Below are positions 41,697-45,258 of a stretch of DNA of 45,258 nucleotides, one piece after another. The position numbers were made by a program, and so were the translations under genes. The notes under the pieces were generated by a model. The model was not told the origin of the DNA and searched no databases. It saw only the letters and a list, made by a program, of their open reading frames with translations. Positions within the stretch are counted from its first letter, which is position 1, and every line of letters begins with the position of its first letter. Source of the DNA: Candidatus Eiseniibacteriota bacterium (GTDB taxonomy: Bacteria > Eisenbacteria > RBG-16-71-46); assembly GCA_031364845.1 (NCBI GenBank), contig JANLWX010000067.1, forward strand, positions 1 through 45,258, read 5' to 3'.

Positions 41697-42467
41697 ATGA
41701 TCGCGCTGATCCTGTTCGGATCCGCCGGCCGCATGGGCACCGCGGTCGAGCGCGCAGCACTCGCGGCCGGTGATCTGCGGATCAAGGCACGGCTCGATCG
41801 TTCGCCGACGGGAGAGGCGGTCGCCAATCCCACAGGACTCGATCCCAACGACCCCATCGTTCGAGGCGATGTCGTCATCGACTTCAGCAGTCCCGAAGGC
41901 TCCGCCGCCGCGTGCCGGCTGTGCGCCGAGCGCAGCGCGGCACTGGTGTCGGGCACCACCGGGCTCGGCGCCGAAGGCGAAGCGCAGCTCGATCGGCTTG
42001 CGCTTCAAGTACCGGTATTGCGCGCGTCGAACTTCAGCCTCGGCGTGCTCGCACTGCGCCGCGCGCTCGCGGCCGCACTCGCATCGCTGCCCGCCGACTG
42101 GGACGTGGAGATCGTCGAGCGTCACCACCGGCGTAAGGTCGACGCGCCTTCGGGCACCGCGCTCACGCTCGCGCACGATGTCGCGACGATTCGCGGACTG
42201 AGCGAGAGCGCATTCCGCCACGGCCGTGAAGGCCGCACCGGCGAGCGCGTGCGCGAGGAGATCGGCCTGCATGCGCTGCGCGGCGGATCGCTCGTGGGCG
42301 ATCACGAAATCGTGCTCGCCGGCGAGGGCGAATGGCTCGAGTTGCGCCACGTCGCCCAGGACCGCTCGGCGTTCGCGCACGGCGTGCTCGCGGCGGCGAG
42401 ATTCGTGGCCAATGCCCCGCCGGGCCGGTATCATCTCGAGGATCTGTTGACCGGGGGCCGCCCGTAG
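41697..42467 (+). CDS. dapB: 4-hydroxy-tetrahydrodipicolinate reductase
   Basis: 'GSAGRMG', 'IDFS', 'GTTG', 'ERHHRRKVDAPSGTA', 'FAHG'. Confidence 0.95.
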   Translation: MIALILFGSAGRMGTAVERAALAAGDLRIKARLDRSPTGEAVANPTGLDPNDPIVRGDVVIDFSSPEGSAAACRLCAERSAALVSGTTGLGAEGEAQLDRLALQVPVLRASNFSLGVLALRRALAAALASLPADWDVEIVERHHRRKVDAPSGTALTLAHDVATIRGLSESAFRHGREGRTGERVREEIGLHALRGGSLVGDHEIVLAGEGEWLELRHVAQDRSAFAHGVLAAARFVANAPPGRYHLEDLLTGGRP

Positions 42468-42498
42468 ACGCCCTACTCTTCCCCCTGACGGAGCTCCC

Positions 42499-45258
42499 AT
42501 GACCGTGCGCCCGTGGGCCGCGGCCGCGCTGTTGCTGTGCGCCATGGCCGCCGCTTCGCCCGCAGCGGCACAGGTGTTCGGCAAGAACAAAGTGCAGTAC
42601 GAGCCGCTCGACTGGTCGGTGCTCGAGACCCGCCACCTGCGGCTCCACTTCCACACCGAGGAAGAGAGCCTCGCGCGCCATCTCGTGGTGTTCGCCGAGA
42701 GTGTATGCGTGGAGTTCGACGAGCGCTTCCGGCTGCCGCCCAAGCGCAAGATTCCGTTCCTGCTCTATTCCGCGCACTACCTGTTCCAGCAGACCAACGC
42801 CACGCCCGGACTGATCTCGGAAGGCACGGGCGGCCTCACCGAACTGATCAAAGGCCGCGTGCTGCTCCCGCACACGGGCTCGTGGCATCGCCTGCGCTGG
42901 GTCACGCGCCACGAGCTGACGCACGCCTACATGCTCGAGAAGATCTCGCGCGTGATGCGGGAACACCGGCGCACCCAGAGCTACCTGCCGCCACTGTGGT
43001 TCATCGAAGGACTCGCCGAATTCTGCGGCACGTCTTGGGACGCTGATGCCGAAGGTCTGCTGCGCGACGCGGTGCTGTCGGGTGAGGCCACACCGCTCAC
43101 GCGCAGCGATGCGATCATCGGCACGGTGCTCATGTACAAAGAGGGCCAGGCGTTTCTCCTGTACCTCGCCGAGCGTTTCGGCGAGGCGAAGATCTTCGAC
43201 CTGCTCGACAACTGGCATCGCGCAGAGGACTTCGAGACCAGCTTCCGCATCACCTACGGCATGTCGATCCAGCAGGTCGACGACGAATGGTTCGCCTCGG
43301 TGCGCCGGCGTTTCTACCCGGTGGTCGCGGTCGCGACCACGCCCGCGGAGGTCGCGACGAAGCTCACGCTTCACGGGCCGTACAACCTCGGCCCGCGCGC
43401 GCTGCCGTCGGACTCCACCACCGATTCGCTCGTGCGCTTCTGCTATTTCTCGGCGACCGAGGGTGCCGTCGATCTGATGGTGAGCGAGCCCGGCAATGAC
43501 GGAAAGCGCCGCGCCACGCGCATCCTGCGCGGCGGGCAGTCGCCGTCGTTCGAGTCGTTCCATCTGTTCCAGAACCGGCCCGACACTTCGCCCTCGGGAC
43601 TGATCGCGCTGTCGTCCAAAGAAGGCAGCCGCGATGCGCTGGTGCTGGTGGATTCGCGCCGCCACCGCGTGGTGCGCCGCTTCCACTTCCCGAATCTCGT
43701 CTCGTTCCACAATCCGGCATTGGTGCCCGGCGATTCGGCCGCGGTGTTCTCGGCACAGGACTACAGCGGGCGCAGCGATCTCTATCGCGCGCGCTGGGGA
43801 GATGGGCCGGTCAAGCTCGACCGGCTCACCAACGACGACTACGACGATCTCGAGCCCGACGTGGCACCCGACGGCCGCCATGTCGTGTTCGCCTCGGACC
43901 GCGGCGATCGCGCCGGGCGGTATTCGCTCTACCGCATCGCGCTCGCCGACGGAGCACTCGAAGAGGTGAGCCGTCCCGGCTCGGGCGACGACCGCCAGCC
44001 GGTGTATTCGCCGGACGGGCGCTGGATCGCCTACCGCTCGACGCGCGGCGGCACCAGCGACCTGTGGCTGCGATCGGCCGAGCCATCGCACGAAGCCCGG
44101 CGCGTCACGCGGCTGCAGGGTCCGGCGTCGGATCCCGAGTGGCTCGCCGACGGTCGCGCGCTGCTGTTCACCGCCCAGCATCAGGTCCGATTCCAGACCT
44201 ACCGCATCCGCGTGAATCCGGATTCGCTGCCCGCGGAACCCGAGACCTCGCCGATCCGCGCGGAGTACTTGCCCAGTACCGCGTTCGCGCCGCCGGCGCT
44301 GAGCTACCAGCGCCGCATCGGCTTTGATCTGGTGCAGAGTGCGGTGTCCTACGACCCGGCGCTCGGGGGCGCGGATCCCGGCGGACAGATCGCGCTGTCG
44401 GACATCCTCGGCAACGAGCAGATCTTTCTCTACGTCGGCAACGACTCCGAGCGCTTCGGCAACTTCTGGGCAGGATTCCAGGGCGCGCTCACCTACATCA
44501 ATCGCGCGCGGAGGCTGAACTGGGGTGTGGGCGGCTTCCGGTTGACCGAAGTGTTCGACGCCGACCTCGACGAGGTCCGCCGCGAGCCGCGCGCCGGGGT
44601 GCAGGGGCTCGTGATTTATCCGTACAACAAGTTCGACCGGCTCGAGGCATCGGTGCTGATCCGCCACTCGAGCAATCATCTGCTGCGCAACGGCGAGCTA
44701 CGCGACGTCGATCTGCTCTCGAACTTCCTGTCGCTGGTTCACGACAACGCGCGCTGGACCTGGATGGGACCGAGCGGCGGCACCCGCGCGCTGCTGTCGG
44801 CCGGCTTCACCCGCGACCTCACGACCGGGACCGGCGACTTCACCACGCTGCGCGCCGAACTGCGCCAGTACGCGATGCCGATCCCGTACGTCGTGTCGGC
44901 CGCTCGCGTGCAGGGTCAATCGAGTGGGGGTAAAGACGCCCAGCGCTTCTATCTGGGGGGCCGCTACGCGCTGCGCGGATGGGAGCGCCGCGACTTCTCC
45001 GGCCATCACACGGTGCTGCTGCAGGAGGAGATCCGGTTTCCGCTGATCCGCGGCCTCACGCTCGCGGTCCCGGCCCCGTGGCAGCTGCCGTTGATCGGCG
45101 GTGCCGTGTTCGCGGATGCCGCGTGGCTGTGGGAGGACGGCGAGCAGGAGCACGGCGGCAGCCTCGGCGCGGGTTTCTACATCGGTGGCGGCTACTATCC
45201 GGCGCTGCGCTGGAATTATGTTTGGCCGACGCGGGACTTCCGGACGTATCCTGATCGT
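42499..45258 (+). CDS. Outer-membrane Omp85/BamA-TamA-family protein with N-terminal gluzincin peptidase and PD40 beta-propeller; truncated by the window end
   Basis: Translated by hand (not in the ORF track): signal peptide 'ASPAAA-QVFGKNKVQY', 'RHELTHAY', 'WFIEGLAE', 'PDVAPDGRHVVFASDR', 'PVYSPDGRWIAY', 'RFYLGGRYALRGW'. Confidence 0.88.
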   Translation, partial: MTVRPWAAAALLLCAMAAASPAAAQVFGKNKVQYEPLDWSVLETRHLRLHFHTEEESLARHLVVFAESVCVEFDERFRLPPKRKIPFLLYSAHYLFQQTNATPGLISEGTGGLTELIKGRVLLPHTGSWHRLRWVTRHELTHAYMLEKISRVMREHRRTQSYLPPLWFIEGLAEFCGTSWDADAEGLLRDAVLSGEATPLTRSDAIIGTVLMYKEGQAFLLYLAERFGEAKIFDLLDNWHRAEDFETSFRITYGMSIQQVDDEWFASVRRRFYPVVAVATTPAEVATKLTLHGPYNLGPRALPSDSTTDSLVRFCYFSATEGAVDLMVSEPGNDGKRRATRILRGGQSPSFESFHLFQNRPDTSPSGLIALSSKEGSRDALVLVDSRRHRVVRRFHFPNLVSFHNPALVPGDSAAVFSAQDYSGRSDLYRARWGDGPVKLDRLTNDDYDDLEPDVAPDGRHVVFASDRGDRAGRYSLYRIALADGALEEVSRPGSGDDRQPVYSPDGRWIAYRSTRGGTSDLWLRSAEPSHEARRVTRLQGPASDPEWLADGRALLFTAQHQVRFQTYRIRVNPDSLPAEPETSPIRAEYLPSTAFAPPALSYQRRIGFDLVQSAVSYDPALGGADPGGQIALSDILGNEQIFLYVGNDSERFGNFWAGFQGALTYINRARRLNWGVGGFRLTEVFDADLDEVRREPRAGVQGLVIYPYNKFDRLEASVLIRHSSNHLLRNGELRDVDLLSNFLSLVHDNARWTWMGPSGGTRALLSAGFTRDLTTGTGDFTTLRAELRQYAMPIPYVVSAARVQGQSSGGKDAQRFYLGGRYALRGWERRDFSGHHTVLLQEEIRFPLIRGLTLAVPAPWQLPLIGGAVFADAAWLWEDGEQEHGGSLGAGFYIGGGYYPALRWNYVWPTRDFRTYPDR

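Overview
GC-rich bacterial chromosomal segment, almost entirely protein-coding and mostly housekeeping. Gene order: partial scpA, scpB, rluB, a membrane-anchored hypothetical, a PorV/UPF0164-type beta-barrel, two tandem glgC-family genes, an MltD-type LysM lytic transglycosylase (-), a PEGA protein, comEC, a minus-strand cassette (secreted TPR protein, ECF sigma, zinc-finger anti-sigma), a long tightly packed run purN-HAD-purC-purH-cupin-guaA-slt-methyltransferase-CTP-dependent lipid kinase-TPR, a six-hairpin glycosidase-like lipoprotein plus partner (-), a cold-shock protein, secA-smg-topA-xerC-Ig-like lipoprotein-dapF-dapA-dapB, and a peptidase/PD40/Omp85 fusion that runs off the right end and is absent from the ORF track. 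The PorV-like gene, the inserted SecA and the Ig-like lipoprotein suggest a high-GC FCB-related diderm such as Ca. Eisenbacteria (inference). I found no rRNA, tRNA, CRISPR array or transposase. The best leads, all hypotheses, are: (1) translationally coupled ScpB and RluB with oppositely charged disordered tails; (2) a 12-bp inverted-repeat element between divergent genes that could be an invertible promoter; (3) a degenerate, probably regulatory glgC paralog; (4) a hairpin-displayed SD/anti-SD motif between convergent genes; (5) a ~180-nt rod-like RNA candidate after rluB; (6) an N-terminal H1-like tail on TopA; (7) an ECF cassette with a free-standing DUF2723-like domain. All family assignments are by motif recognition, without database searches.
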